Below, in pieces: positions 52,441-62,554 of a stretch of 64,000 nucleotides of DNA. Within the stretch, counting starts at the first letter, position 1. Each line of letters begins with the position of its first letter. A program made the translations under genes and the position numbers. The stretch covers positions 90,805-154,804 of the forward strand of contig CAWAET010000017.1 in NCBI GenBank assembly GCA_963781065.1. Direction: 5' to 3'. This DNA is from Thermoanaerobaculia bacterium (GTDB lineage: Bacteria > Acidobacteriota > Thermoanaerobaculia > Multivoradales > JAHEKO01). The notes beneath the pieces are model-generated. The model made no database searches. It saw nothing but the letters and a program-made list of their open reading frames with translations, and was not told where the DNA came from.

Positions 52441-53845
52441 TCAGCGCTCGATTCCGAGCCCCATCCCGCGAGTGATGATCCGCGCCGGAGCCTTGGCCAG
52501 TGCCACCGTGACCCGAAGAGCGTTGAAGGCTGGGCCGGGTATGAGCCGCGCCACGGCCCGCCAACCGAGCCGCCGAACCACCGAGACCGCCTGGGCTCGA
52601 AGTCGCTTCTCCGGCGCGTAGCGTCGATCGAGCGCCTCCAGCCGTCTGAGCGCCCGTCCAAGAACCTGCCGCGCCCGACCTGCAGCCTCGAGCACCGGGT
52701 GCTTCGGATTCCGGCGGAAGGGCTCCAATCGCTGAAGCGCAGTGCGCTCCGCCTGCCGCGCCGAGGCGTAGCTGCGGATCGCCCCGGGAACCCTCTCGCG
52801 CAGAGCATCGCGAGCCTGACCGCGAGCCCGCGAGGCGACATGGCCGTGGAGCTTGCCGGCACTGGCAGGCCGCTCGCTGAGGGCTCTCAGCGTTGCCCCT
52901 GCCCCGTGACGTTCCAGGGTCGCCTCGATTCGCTGCCGGGCCGCAACGGGATCGCGATAGACCCGACCCAGCGCCGCATCCAGTTGGCGCGAGGCCTGGC
53001 TCACCCGCTCGGCTGCCCGCTCGTGGTCGGCGAGGGCCCTGCCCAGCCTCGCGAGCGAACCCTGATACCGCCCCCGCATCGCCTCCAGCCGCCCCCGGCT
53101 CATCAGCTGCCGCGAGATCTCCTGGATCTTCCGCAGATCCGGCGACGCCGGCTCGAACTTCCCCAGCCGCGCCTCGAGCCGCGGCCGGCTCATCTCCCGC
53201 TCGACCCTCGACGCCGCCACGTACCGCCGCCCATCGGTGATCACCAGCCCCCGCCCCGCCCGCGACGGCTGCAGCGTCAGCCCCTTCTGCGACAGCGACG
53301 CATGCAGCTCCTGCCAGCCCTTCGCCTCCCGAAAGCTCTCCCCCGCCAGCTCCCGCACGTTCTCGACGAACTGCCCTCTCCCCGGCCGCGTCCCCAGGTA
53401 CCGATCCTGCCCCGGCACCGGCGAATGCCGCCCCGGCACGATCCTGCAGCCCCAGCTCCCGCTCCTGCTCCCGCAGCGAGGTCTCGATCCGGTGGTAGTC
53501 GTGCGAGCCCACCCAGGCCCGCCCGGTGTCCGGGTGGACCCGGTTCACCATCAGGTGGATGTGCTGCTGGGCGCCGTCGGCGTGCTCGGCGATCAGCGCC
53601 TGGTGCTCGGCGAGGCCCAGGTCCTGGAGCAGCCGGTCGGCGACCCGCTCGAGCTCGGCCCGTTCCAGCCGCTCGCCGGGGGCCAGGCTGACCGAGAGGT
53701 GATAGACGGGCTTCTCGGTGCGGCTCGAGGCGTTGGCCGTCGCGCGCATCACGGCCGCGGCCTTCTCCGGGTCGGGGTCCGGGAGGTTCCGGGTGGCGGT
53801 CCAGATCGAGCGATCCGGCACCAAAAGGTGCCGTAGGCTTCGCAA
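52441..53845 (-). pseudogene. MOB-family conjugative relaxase (MobA/VirD2-like) with frameshift near 53440; copy 1 of 3
   Basis: N-terminal relaxase domain with VYHLSVSLAPGE and the 3-His motif HADGAQQHIHLMVNRV. The C-terminal half continues in another frame (…WQELHASLSQKGLTLQPSRAGRGLVITDGRRYVAASRV...). Confidence 0.65.
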
Positions 53846-53934
53846 GCGGGGCGGCGAGCGTCACCGACTGCTAGCCTCGCGGGTCTCGACCGTCCATTTG
53901 GGGCCGGCGGCAGACCCTGACACGACCTGGGCTC

Positions 53935-54468
53935 GTGGTGCCAAACCGACACCGTCTACGGAACGCTACCTTCCACGTCGCCGGCATCCTGATGCTGGTC
54001 GCCATGATCGGACTGCTGGTCAGTGTCTGGCAGGTGATGTTCAACTTCTGCCCGCCGACCACCGAGTGGCCGGCCGGGATCAGTAACGGCATGGCCCGAA
54101 CCTCCGACCGCCACGCGGTGGTGATCCTGCGGGGCGCCGACCGTGTCCAGGTCTACGACGAAGAATGGCGGTTCGTCCGCGGCTGGAACGTCGGCGCGCG
54201 CGGCAAGCTTTTGGGCCTGCACGTCGGCGCAGGCGACATCATCAGCCTGTTCACGTCGCGGGCCCGGATTCGATACACGATGTACGGCGAGATCGTCGCA
54301 AGCACGCCGGTGGCCGACGAGGAGCGGCCTGAACGGCCGCTCCTGGCCTGGGTACCGGGCTCTCCATGGTATTGGTTCCTGCTCAACCCGGTGGTCTGCA
54401 TGGTGATCGCCTTGCTGGGACTGTGCGCTCGGCTCTTGACCACGCCCCGCCTAGCACCGCGCGACTGA
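53935..54468 (+). CDS. Hypothetical 2-TM membrane protein
   Basis: 177 aa. Hydrophobic segments VAGILMLVAMIGLLVSVW and WFLLNPVVCMVIALLGLCA. No recognisable motif. Confidence 0.35.
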   Translation: MVPNRHRLRNATFHVAGILMLVAMIGLLVSVWQVMFNFCPPTTEWPAGISNGMARTSDRHAVVILRGADRVQVYDEEWRFVRGWNVGARGKLLGLHVGAGDIISLFTSRARIRYTMYGEIVASTPVADEERPERPLLAWVPGSPWYWFLLNPVVCMVIALLGLCARLLTTPRLAPRD

Positions 54469-54499
54469 CGCGCTGGGGTGCTCGCTCCCCTGGACACAG

Positions 54500-54870
54500 G
54501 TGCCATGCCCTTCGGGGAAGGACGGTGCGCGACCTCGGCGACATGGCCGTGGAGCTTTCCAGCACTGGCAGGCCGCTCGCCGAGGGCTCTCAGCGTTGCG
54601 CCAGCTCCGTGACGTTCCAGCGTCGCCTCGATTCGCTGTCGGGCCGCAACGGGATCGCGATAGACGCGACCCCGCGCTGCATCCAGTTGACGCGAGGTCT
54701 CGCTCACGCGCTGGGCTGCCCGTTCGTGGTTGGCGATTTCCCTGCCCAGCTTCGCCCCGAAGTGAGGTCCACCCTTCTCGGAATAGAGCCGTAGTGCTTC
54801 AGCCGGCGGGACCGAGACGCCCTCGCGAGCCTGGAGTGTCGGGCCGGAGCGATAGGCTTGCACGGTGACG
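54500..54870 (-). pseudogene. Relaxase gene fragment (copy 2; C-terminal-region segment only)
   Basis: Encodes ...ERAAQRVSETSRQLDAARGRVYRDPVAARQRIEATLERHGAGATLRALGERPASAGKLHGHVA. About 85-90% nucleotide identity to 52840-53080 of copy 1. Confidence 0.5.
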
Positions 54871-55542
54871 ACGCTTGCCATCGACATCTGGTCCGACATC
54901 GCATGCCCGTGGTGCTGGGTGGGCAAGCGGCGCCTGGAAGAAGCCATCGATGGATTCCGGGGAAACGTCGCTCTCACCTGGCGAGCGTTCGAGCTCGACC
55001 CGGCCGCCCCGACGGAGGCGCCGGAACGAGTCGACTATGCCCAGCGGCTGGCCGCCAAGTACCGCACGACCCCTGACGAGGCCCAGGCGATGATCGACCG
55101 GATGGTTGACGTCGGCCGCTCGGTCGGGCTCGAGCTGCGGTTCGACCGGGTGCGCCCGACCAACACTTTCGCCGCTCATCGCCTGCTGGCGTGGGCCGTC
55201 GGGTTCGGGCGTCAAACCGACCTCGAGGAACGGCTCTTCGCGGCCTATCTGAACGAGGGCCTGGCCATCTCGGAGCACGACGTTTTGTGCGGACTCGCCG
55301 AGAGCGTCGGCCTCGACCCCGAGGCCGCCGCCGTGGTGCTCGAGAGCGACGCCCACGCCGATGAAGTGCGCCAGGACCAGGCCCTGGCCGCGCGGCTCGG
55401 CGTCCGTGGGGTGCCCTTTTTCGTGCTCGACCAGCGCTACGCCGTCTCCGGGGCGCAGCCGGCCGAAGAGCTGTTGGCGGCGATGCGCCAAGCTACCGAC
55501 GATCTGTCACCGGCATCGGCGGCTAAACCATGCCCCTCCTGA
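54865..55542 (+). CDS. DsbA-family thiol-disulfide oxidoreductase (FrnE/2-hydroxychromene-2-carboxylate-isomerase-like)
   Basis: GTG start. CPWC active site (IWSDIACPWCWVGK). Thioredoxin fold with inserted helical domain. Confidence 0.75.
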   Translation: MTTLAIDIWSDIACPWCWVGKRRLEEAIDGFRGNVALTWRAFELDPAAPTEAPERVDYAQRLAAKYRTTPDEAQAMIDRMVDVGRSVGLELRFDRVRPTNTFAAHRLLAWAVGFGRQTDLEERLFAAYLNEGLAISEHDVLCGLAESVGLDPEAAAVVLESDAHADEVRQDQALAARLGVRGVPFFVLDQRYAVSGAQPAEELLAAMRQATDDLSPASAAKPCPS

Positions 55543-55711
55543 TCCTGCTGCTGCTGAGCACCGTCGAGCCGGCCCCAACCGGGCCCTACCTGGTCTTCGG
55601 CCTGTCGCCCGAGATGACCGGCCGCCCCGGGACCTGAGGCGAAGCTACTCAGCCTCGCGTCAAAGTCCCTTTGGGGGGGCGGAGGAGGCGGGACGGAGGT
55701 CGGAGCAGCTC

Positions 55712-56365
55712 TCAGCCGGGGTAGTTCTTGCTCAACTCCGCGCTGAGGAGCGCCGCAAGCGGCTCGAGCCCGAACGGCTCCAACGGCTTTCCATTGACGA
55801 AGAAGCCCGGAGTCAGGCGAACACCAAGAGTCTCGGCGTCGGCGAGATCCTGCTCGATGATGGCCGTGATGCGCGGGTCGTTCATATCCGCCCTGAGCCG
55901 CTCGAGGTCGAGCCCGACGGTGGGCAGGAGCTGCCAGACCTGGTCGAGCCTCACCTGATGGTGCTGAGTCCAGAGGCTCTGCGAACGATAGAGCTGGTCG
56001 AGGGTTTGCCAGTACTTCCCCTGCATCCGCGCCGCTTCCAGAACCCGGACCACATCGCTTGACCCCCCGTGGAACGGGGCGTAACGGATCACGAGCCGGA
56101 TCTTGCCCGGATGGCGGTCCATGATCTGCTTCACGAAGGGCGAGAAGGCGGCACAGGTCTCACACGCCGGATCCGTGAACTCGACGAGGTAGACCCTGGC
56201 ATCGTCGGCACCAAGAGCGGGCGAGTGAGGCCGAACGAAAGTCGAGGCTCGCTCCTGAGCCAGGAAACCCAGCTTCTCGGCGCGCCGCTTCTTGAGCTGC
56301 GACGCGCCGAACCAAAAACCGACAATCAGAATCAGGCACGTAACGATGAACAGGTTGCGCTTCAC
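55712..56365 (-). CDS. Membrane-anchored DsbA/BdbD-like thiol-disulfide oxidoreductase
   Basis: GTG start (Val106 of the ORF) after GGAGGAG. N-terminal transmembrane helix, CETC active site (EFTDPACETCAAF). Overlaps the dsbB stop. Confidence 0.75.
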   Translation of the reverse strand: MKRNLFIVTCLILIVGFWFGASQLKKRRAEKLGFLAQERASTFVRPHSPALGADDARVYLVEFTDPACETCAAFSPFVKQIMDRHPGKIRLVIRYAPFHGGSSDVVRVLEAARMQGKYWQTLDQLYRSQSLWTQHHQVRLDQVWQLLPTVGLDLERLRADMNDPRITAIIEQDLADAETLGVRLTPGFFVNGKPLEPFGLEPLAALLSAELSKNYPG

Positions 56366-56817
56366 TTGGGACTCCTCCGGTGGACGGCGAGCAGAATTCC
56401 GGTCAATGCGGTGAACCCGAGCCAAGAGAGCATCGGAATCGACAAGAATCCGAAGAGCTCCAAATACTCCTCGGTACACGACACGCCCTGGGTGCAGGGC
56501 TGCAGGCGTTCCGGGACGATCCCGGCGTATACGAGATTGTGATAGCTGGCCACGAGCCAACCCAGGGTCGCCAGAGGCAGGGCGTACCTGACCACGGCGC
56601 GATCGAGTGGGAACAGCCCTCTGGCGAGCACGATGACCAGGGGAAACAGGAAGATCCTCTGATACCAGCAGAGGACGCACGGAGCAAAGCCCATGACGTA
56701 GCTGAAGAAGAGGCTACCCGCGGTCGCGACCGCAGTGATCAGCCAAGCCGAAAAAAGCAGAACCCAGTCCAGTTCTGGCCTCTCGGCGGGGGAAGCCCCG
56801 CTACCGGCGCGATTCAT
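56362..56817 (-). CDS. dsbB: Disulfide bond formation protein B (DsbB/BdbC family)
   Basis: 4 transmembrane helices, CVLCWYQR and C...C second pair (CTQGVSCTEE). Confidence 0.8.
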   Translation of the reverse strand: MNRAGSGASPAERPELDWVLLFSAWLITAVATAGSLFFSYVMGFAPCVLCWYQRIFLFPLVIVLARGLFPLDRAVVRYALPLATLGWLVASYHNLVYAGIVPERLQPCTQGVSCTEEYLELFGFLSIPMLSWLGFTALTGILLAVHRRSPK

Positions 56818-56879
56818 CTCGTTCCGTGCTCCTGCTTGGGTCGTGGATCCGTTCGGTTTTCCATCCCATTGGCGGGAGA

Positions 56880-57600
56880 CTACCGGAAGGTGCTGAACAG
56901 GTAGACATCGAAGGAGGCCTCGAGTACTGAGTGCTTCGGATTCCGGCGAAAGGGCTCCAATCGCCGCAGAGCAGTACGCTCCGCCTGACGCGCCGAGGCG
57001 TAGCTGCGGATCGCGCTGGGAACTCTCTCGCGCAGAGCATCGCGCGCCTGACCGCGAGTTCGCGAGGCGACATGGCCGTGGAGCTTGCCGGCGCTGGCAG
57101 GCCGCTCGCCAAGCGCTCTCACCGTTGCCCCTGCTCCATGCCGTTCGATCGTCGCCTCGATCCGCTGCCGTGCCGCCACGGGATCGCGATAGACCCGACC
57201 CAGCGCCGCGTCCAGCTGACGCGAAGCCTGACTCACCCGCTCAGCTGCCCTTTCGTGATTGGCCGGAGGGGACGGCGTGGAGTTCAGCGCTCGATTCCGC
57301 GCCCCATCCCGCGGGAGATGATCCGTGCTGGAATAGTCGTGCGAGCCCACCCAGGCCCTTCCGGTGTCGGGGTGGACCCGGTTCACCATCAAGTGGATGT
57401 GCTGCTGGGCGCCGTCGGCGTGCTCGGCGATCAGCGCCTGGTGCTCGGCGAGACCGAGCTCCGTGCTGAGGCCTTGGCCAGCGCCACCGTGACCCGAACA
57501 GCGTTGAAAGCCGGGCCGGGAGTCAGCCGCGCCACGACCCGCCAACCGAGCCGCCGAACCACTGAGACCGCCTGGGCTCGAAGTTGTTTCTCAGGCGCGT
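56880..57600 (-). pseudogene. Relaxase gene remnant (copy 3; internally deleted fusion of the 3-His motif region to the C-terminal segment)
   Basis: Encodes GLAEHQALIAEHADGAQQHIHLMVNRVHPDTGRAWVGSHDY fused to ...ERAAERVSQASRQLDAALGRVYRDPVAARQRIEATIERHGAGATVRAL...PFRRNPKHSVLEA. Nucleotide segments duplicate 52460-52640, 52840-53100 and 53470-53640. Confidence 0.5.
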
Positions 57601-57791
57601 AGCGCCGATCGACACCGGGCGGATCGGGCATCCGGCGGATGCCTACCCTGACCGATGCCCGACCACTACCGGGCATCATGCCTCGAGCGCCAGGGCGGTT
57701 TGCTACGCTCTATGCAGCTTTGGCCCAAAGTCGATTCCGGTGCGCGCATCGCGCAGCTGCGGCCGCGCCACATCAAGACAGGGGGGTAGAA

Positions 57792-58307
57792 ATGCTGCTG
57801 AAACCACGCGAGGTTCTTTCCACGATGATCGTGATGGGGGCATGCGTCACGGCTCACGGAGCCCATGCGGCATCCGCTGGAACAGCGACGACCTGGGCAC
57901 CCGACCAGATCACTTTCGTCACGAGCATCGAGGGCGATTCCCTGTTGACCGTCACCGGACCGGATTTCGCCCTCCGCCTCCGAGGCCGGGGATTGCTGGC
58001 CTTCCAGCCGGTCGACGCGGAGGGACTGCCGCTGCCTGACGGGGCGTATCGCTACGAGCTGCGCGAGATCGTCGACCGTCCGGCGATGCGGGCACTGCGG
58101 CACGAATCGGACCGACAGCGGCGGCAGGAGCTGCTGCGGCAGATGAGACGCCGCGGTGAGTGGCCGCCGCGGCGCCCGAGGATCGAGCATTCCATCTTCG
58201 AGATCCGCGACGGGGCGCTCGTCGCACCGGTGCCGGCAAGAAACGACGCGGTCTCGAGCGAATCCGAATCCGCGGCGGCTCCGGCGCTCACCGAGGAGGG
58301 AAGATGA
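57792..58307 (+). CDS. Secreted hypothetical protein
   Basis: Start at MLLKPREVLSTMIVMGACVTAHGAHA (signal peptide). The stop overlaps the next gene start (ATGATG). Confidence 0.45.
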   Translation: MLLKPREVLSTMIVMGACVTAHGAHAASAGTATTWAPDQITFVTSIEGDSLLTVTGPDFALRLRGRGLLAFQPVDAEGLPLPDGAYRYELREIVDRPAMRALRHESDRQRRQELLRQMRRRGEWPPRRPRIEHSIFEIRDGALVAPVPARNDAVSSESESAAAPALTEEGR

Positions 58308-59209
58308 TGCGACCGGCCACGGCTTTCCTGTTTCTTCTGCTTGCCGTCAGCGCGGGCCTCAGGGCGGAGATCTTCAACGAAGACGTCACGATTCAGACCA
58401 CCGACCCCGACCTCTTCCTGGTCGACTCCGACGGCACGACCTGGTTGGTCGAAGCGGACCCGACGAGCGCGCCCAACGGCTTCGCGATCGCTCGCAACCC
58501 GGGCGACCACGAGGTCTTTGTCCTGGAGGACGACGCACCGGCATCAACCATCTATGTCGACTCCAGCGGCAGGATCGGCCTGGGCACCAGCGCCCCTGTG
58601 GCGGATCTCGACATCTTCGACCCGAACGGCAGCTCCATCGCCTCGCTGGGCCTCACGACCTCCACGAGCAGCTGGGTCGTCTCTACCACCAATGACGAAT
58701 TCCGGGTGACCAGCGGGGCGAACCCCAACGACCCCGCTCCCTTTCGCATCTACCCAGGAGCCCCGGCGAATTCGATCCGCATCCAGAGCACCGGAGTGAG
58801 TATCAACGGGGCCGTCGTCACGCTTTCCAGCCGGGAGAGCAAAGAGGCGTTCGAGAAGGTCGACACGCGGGAGATTCTGGATCGCGTGCTGCAGCTGCCG
58901 CTCAGCCGTTGGACCTACAAGACCGACCCCTCCGGCGCGCGTCATCTCGGACCGATGGCGGAAGACTTCCATACGGCGTTCGGCCTGGGTCCCGACGAAA
59001 CAGGAATCGCGACCATCGACGCGAGCGGCGTCGCCCTGGCCGCGATCCAGGGCCTCAAGATCGAGCACGACGCCCGCATCGCCGAGCTGATCCGAGAGCA
59101 CCAGGCCGAGACCGCCTCGCTACGGGTCGAACTGGCAGAGCTCCGGCGCCTGGTGGCCGGGCTGCTGGAGGACAGCCTCGAGGGGGCGGTCGCGGAGGCC
59201 GGGCCCTGA
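58304..59209 (+). CDS. Secreted tail-fiber-domain protein with C-terminal intramolecular-chaperone (peptidase S74-like) domain
   Basis: Signal peptide MMRPATAFLFLLLAVSAGLRA. The C-terminal ...LSRWTYKTDPSGARHLGPMAEDFHTAFGLG...IDASGVALAAIQGLK... matches the endosialidase-chaperone-type autoprocessing domain. Confidence 0.65.
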   Translation: MMRPATAFLFLLLAVSAGLRAEIFNEDVTIQTTDPDLFLVDSDGTTWLVEADPTSAPNGFAIARNPGDHEVFVLEDDAPASTIYVDSSGRIGLGTSAPVADLDIFDPNGSSIASLGLTTSTSSWVVSTTNDEFRVTSGANPNDPAPFRIYPGAPANSIRIQSTGVSINGAVVTLSSRESKEAFEKVDTREILDRVLQLPLSRWTYKTDPSGARHLGPMAEDFHTAFGLGPDETGIATIDASGVALAAIQGLKIEHDARIAELIREHQAETASLRVELAELRRLVAGLLEDSLEGAVAEAGP

Positions 59210-59739
59210 ACCGAGGCAGACGGGGCTCAGTCGACCCCAACAGGAGGTACCACCGTGACCCGGGGAGATACGTCCGACCCGACGGTATTTCCCATGAAGA
59301 CGATTCGGACGTCGTGGAGTACCAGGCCAAGTGGCGCTCCGACAGCGTGTCGTGGCCTGACGTCGAGGATCGAATCGCGTCTGGAGATTCAGCCATAAGC
59401 GATCGCTCGTGCCGAAGAACCGGGCTCCTCGGCTGGTAGAGAACACGTGGCGAGGCCCGAGGCCAGTGACCTGATCGCCCGCGGAGCGTCTCGAAACTAG
59501 TATCCCAGCGACCGAGAGGCTGCCCTGTCGATGAAAAGCGGCCGTCTGGTTTTCGATGCGAAGGCGACCTCCGCAGCCTGAGGAGCACCACGGGGCCCGA
59601 AGCGCCTCAAGTAGTAATCAAAGAACCCGAAGCGGGTGGAACCTCGGGAGGGCGCAAGCAGACCCCTCCTCGACCGGGGCCGTAGTTGCTGCCCGAGCCG
59701 CGAGGGGTCGTCCTCTCTACTGCGCCGACGTTGCCGACG

Positions 59740-60042
59740 TCACGCGAGGAACTTGCAGGACTGCTCCAAGAACGGCCCCGTGGCCACTTCGCCGGCTTGA
59801 AGCACGGCGTGCCAGCTGAAGAGGATCCTCCCACTCTTCTTCACCGAACCCGCGCATCCGCCTTCCTTTGCCCGGTTCTGGGCAACGACCGTGACGATGT
59901 TCACACCCGACTTCACGAGGCTGGAGATGTCCTTCTCGTACCTCTTCGGACTCCTGAACGCCGCGATGTTGATCGCCTTGCCGTTGATCTTGACGGTTGC
60001 CACATCATCCACATACGTAAGTGTCAAAGAGTACTTGGCCAT
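59740..60042 (-). CDS. Small hypothetical protein, 100 aa, in a sharply lower-GC (about 48%) patch
   Basis: ATG preceded by AAGGGAGAG at ideal spacing. MAKYSLTLTYVDDVATVKINGKAINIAAF... has no recognisable family. Confidence 0.4.
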   Translation of the reverse strand: MAKYSLTLTYVDDVATVKINGKAINIAAFRSPKRYEKDISSLVKSGVNIVTVVAQNRAKEGGCAGSVKKSGRILFSWHAVLQAGEVATGPFLEQSCKFLA

Positions 60043-60295
60043 TGGGAACTCTCCCTTTTTCGCGATGGCGACATCCCTGTCGCCAAGTTGACAGAGGCGC
60101 TGCCGGCCTTAACCCGCATTCTTGGAGCCGGCTGCACGCGACGAATCTGGGGAATACTAACTCAGTGCGGGCTCGACCGCGCTCGTGGCGAGGGCCGAGG
60201 GCCGGTCGCCTGATCGCCCGCCAATAGAGGTTCCACCCATTTCGGAACTCAAGAGGCGAAGATTGCCTCGGCAGAATCCGTCCAATCCCATTGAG

Positions 60296-61231
60296 ATGTC
60301 CCGCCCCCTGCGCTACGTGCCATCGGACAGCCTTGTGGAGGTCACCTGCCGCACCCTGCATGGCCGGTTCCTTCTCCGCCCTTCCCGCGACCTCAACGAG
60401 ATCGTCCTCGGCATCCTGGGCCGCGCCGCCGGGCGTTATCGCGTCAAGCTCTGCCACTTCACCTATCTCTCGAACCACTGCCATCTGCTTCTGCGACCCG
60501 CCGACGCGCGCCAGCTCGCCCGCTTCATGGGCTTCGTCAACGGCAACCTGGCCAAAGAGGCCGGCCGGCTCCACGGCTGGCGCGAACGGATCTGGGGCCG
60601 GCGCTACACGGCTATCGTGGTCAGCCACGAAGAGGCTGCCCAGGTTGCCCGGCTGCGCTACCTCCTCGAGCAAGGCACGAAGGAGGGTCTGGTTCGCAGC
60701 CCCCTCGACTGGCCTGGAGCCCAAGCGTCCCAAGCCCTCCTCGACGGCCGGCCCATGCGCGGCATCTGGTTCGATCGCACGCGGGAGTACGAGGCCCGCC
60801 GCTCGGGCCAGCGGCCCGGCAAGTACGAGTTCGCCGACGAGGAGTCGCTCGAACTCTCTCCCATCCCTGCCTGGAAGGCGCTGGCCCCCAAGGCAAGGCG
60901 CGAGGCAGTGCGGAATCTCGTGCGAGAGATCGAGCGCCAAGCCCGTAGGGCCTTGAGGGCCTCGAACAGAGCCCCGCTGGGCGTCCGGCGAATCCTCGCC
61001 CAGGATCCGCACGACCGGCCAAAAAGCACGCAGCGCTCGCCCGCCCCACGCTTCCATGCTCATGCGTGGCGCGTCCGCAAGGGCCTCGAGATCGCCTACC
61101 ACGAGTTCCGGCTCATGTTCCGTCAGGCAGCCGAAGACCTGAGACGCGGCCGGCCGGGAGTGGAGTTTCCCGCGGGTTGCTTCCCGCCTCCCTTGCCCTT
61201 CGCCCGCGGCCGACCCGCAACGCCGGTGTAG
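60296..61231 (+). mobile_element. HUH (Y1) transposase of the IS200/IS605-like / REP-associated tyrosine transposase (RAYT) type
   Basis: HuH motif YLSNHCHLLLRP, conserved ...GRFLL..., C-terminal RYTAIVV...LRYLLEQG (candidate catalytic Tyr region). No flanking IS inverted repeats were recognised. The start (Met38 of the ORF) is uncertain. Confidence 0.6.
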
Positions 61232-61505
61232 GTCAGCCTCGCGCCACAGCACACCTGGCACACCTGCAGGGCACCGGGCCTCCGAGGCACGGCCTCGCGA
61301 GCCTTCATCCAAGCCCTGGGTGATCGCGGCTCTCGTCGGCGCGCTTCCGCCTGGAACCGGCCAAGTGTGCTGCTACAAACGCTGAGTCGATCCTCCTGCG
61401 ATGCGACAGAGCCTGCTGAGGCTGATGCCTATGCAGAGAGGCCCGAAACGGATGGAACCTCTATCCTGGGGGAACCTCTATCCTGGGGGTTGTCGGCGAC
61501 GCGCG

Positions 61506-62537
61506 TTACTGCGCCGTCGGACCGCCTGGAGGAGGATTCGGGCGCCCCTCTGGACGCCGAGGACCCCGCGAGGCATCGCAGGTCTCGCTATCGTCGGTGA
61601 GCGAGCACCCAACCTCCCCGCGCAGACACCCGAGGATCTGGTTGGCGCCCGGCTCGTTCGCGTGGTAGTGGTAGCCAAGTCCGGCGACCTCGTGCCCGCG
61701 ACACTCGTCCAGATCCGAGACTGTTGATCCGCCTGCGTCGAGTCGCGCGAGAATCGGAAAGCCGTCCATGGCGATGCCGATTAGAGGCGCGCGCCCTTCC
61801 GTCGAGGGCATCTCTCTGGAGCAGCCCATGACTGCGTGATAGTGGTATCCAACGTGTAGGTTCACGTGCCCACCACAGTCGTCGAAAGGCGCCAGGGTGT
61901 GCGCGCGGAGAATCGCATCCGTCGGTGCCGGCGCTTCCAGTTTGACTCCATTGAAGGCGACGCCGATCCCCGCGCGCGGATCCAGTCGTCCTTGGCCGGT
62001 CGTCGGGACGGGCTCGAGCGGGATGACATGGGTCACCCGAACATCGCCCTCCATATAGGAGGTCAGACACTCCACACAGTAGTTGTTGTACTCCGGAGCG
62101 ACATCAGGGCGCGCAGCCGCTTCGCAGGACACCTTGCTGTCGGTGACCCTGACTGCGCCCGTGGCGGCGTCGAAGAGCTGCCACTCCTCATCACCATAGA
62201 ACTCGGCGAGATTCTCGACGAACGGGCCGTCGACATCGTAGACGGTTCCGTTGTCCAGCCATACACCGGCGACCTCGGCCGTGTCGGATGTACTGCGCGG
62301 GCACCACGGCCCCATCTCATGGTCGGTCGGTTCGGGTACCACCGTGATCTTGAAGCACGTCGTCTCGGTTCCACCGGACAGCGTGCAGGGCACGAGATCG
62401 GGTCCACCGACGACCGTCCGAGTGTCGAAGAGCCCTGCGAGCTCCCCGAGCCTTCGGTCTGCTTCGTGGCCCCATGAGGCAGTCGCCACGAAAGCAAACG
62501 TCAGTGTCGCGAAGAAGGCCCTGTATGTGAGCTTCAT
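61506..62537 (-). CDS. Secreted YHYH-motif domain protein
   Basis: Signal peptide. Two GYHYH motifs (NLHVGYHYHAV, AGLGYHYHANE). AGGAGAG RBS. Confidence 0.65.
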   Translation of the reverse strand: MKLTYRAFFATLTFAFVATASWGHEADRRLGELAGLFDTRTVVGGPDLVPCTLSGGTETTCFKITVVPEPTDHEMGPWCPRSTSDTAEVAGVWLDNGTVYDVDGPFVENLAEFYGDEEWQLFDAATGAVRVTDSKVSCEAAARPDVAPEYNNYCVECLTSYMEGDVRVTHVIPLEPVPTTGQGRLDPRAGIGVAFNGVKLEAPAPTDAILRAHTLAPFDDCGGHVNLHVGYHYHAVMGCSREMPSTEGRAPLIGIAMDGFPILARLDAGGSTVSDLDECRGHEVAGLGYHYHANEPGANQILGCLRGEVGCSLTDDSETCDASRGPRRPEGRPNPPPGGPTAQ

Positions 62538-62554
62538 TGTGTCTCTCCTAGAAT

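Noticed and set aside
59256-59400. 47-codon ORF with AGGAGG RBS (GTG start) downstream of the tail-fiber-domain gene
   Set aside because: Too short, with no motif and no conservation evidence, and a high-GC wrong-frame artefact is equally likely.
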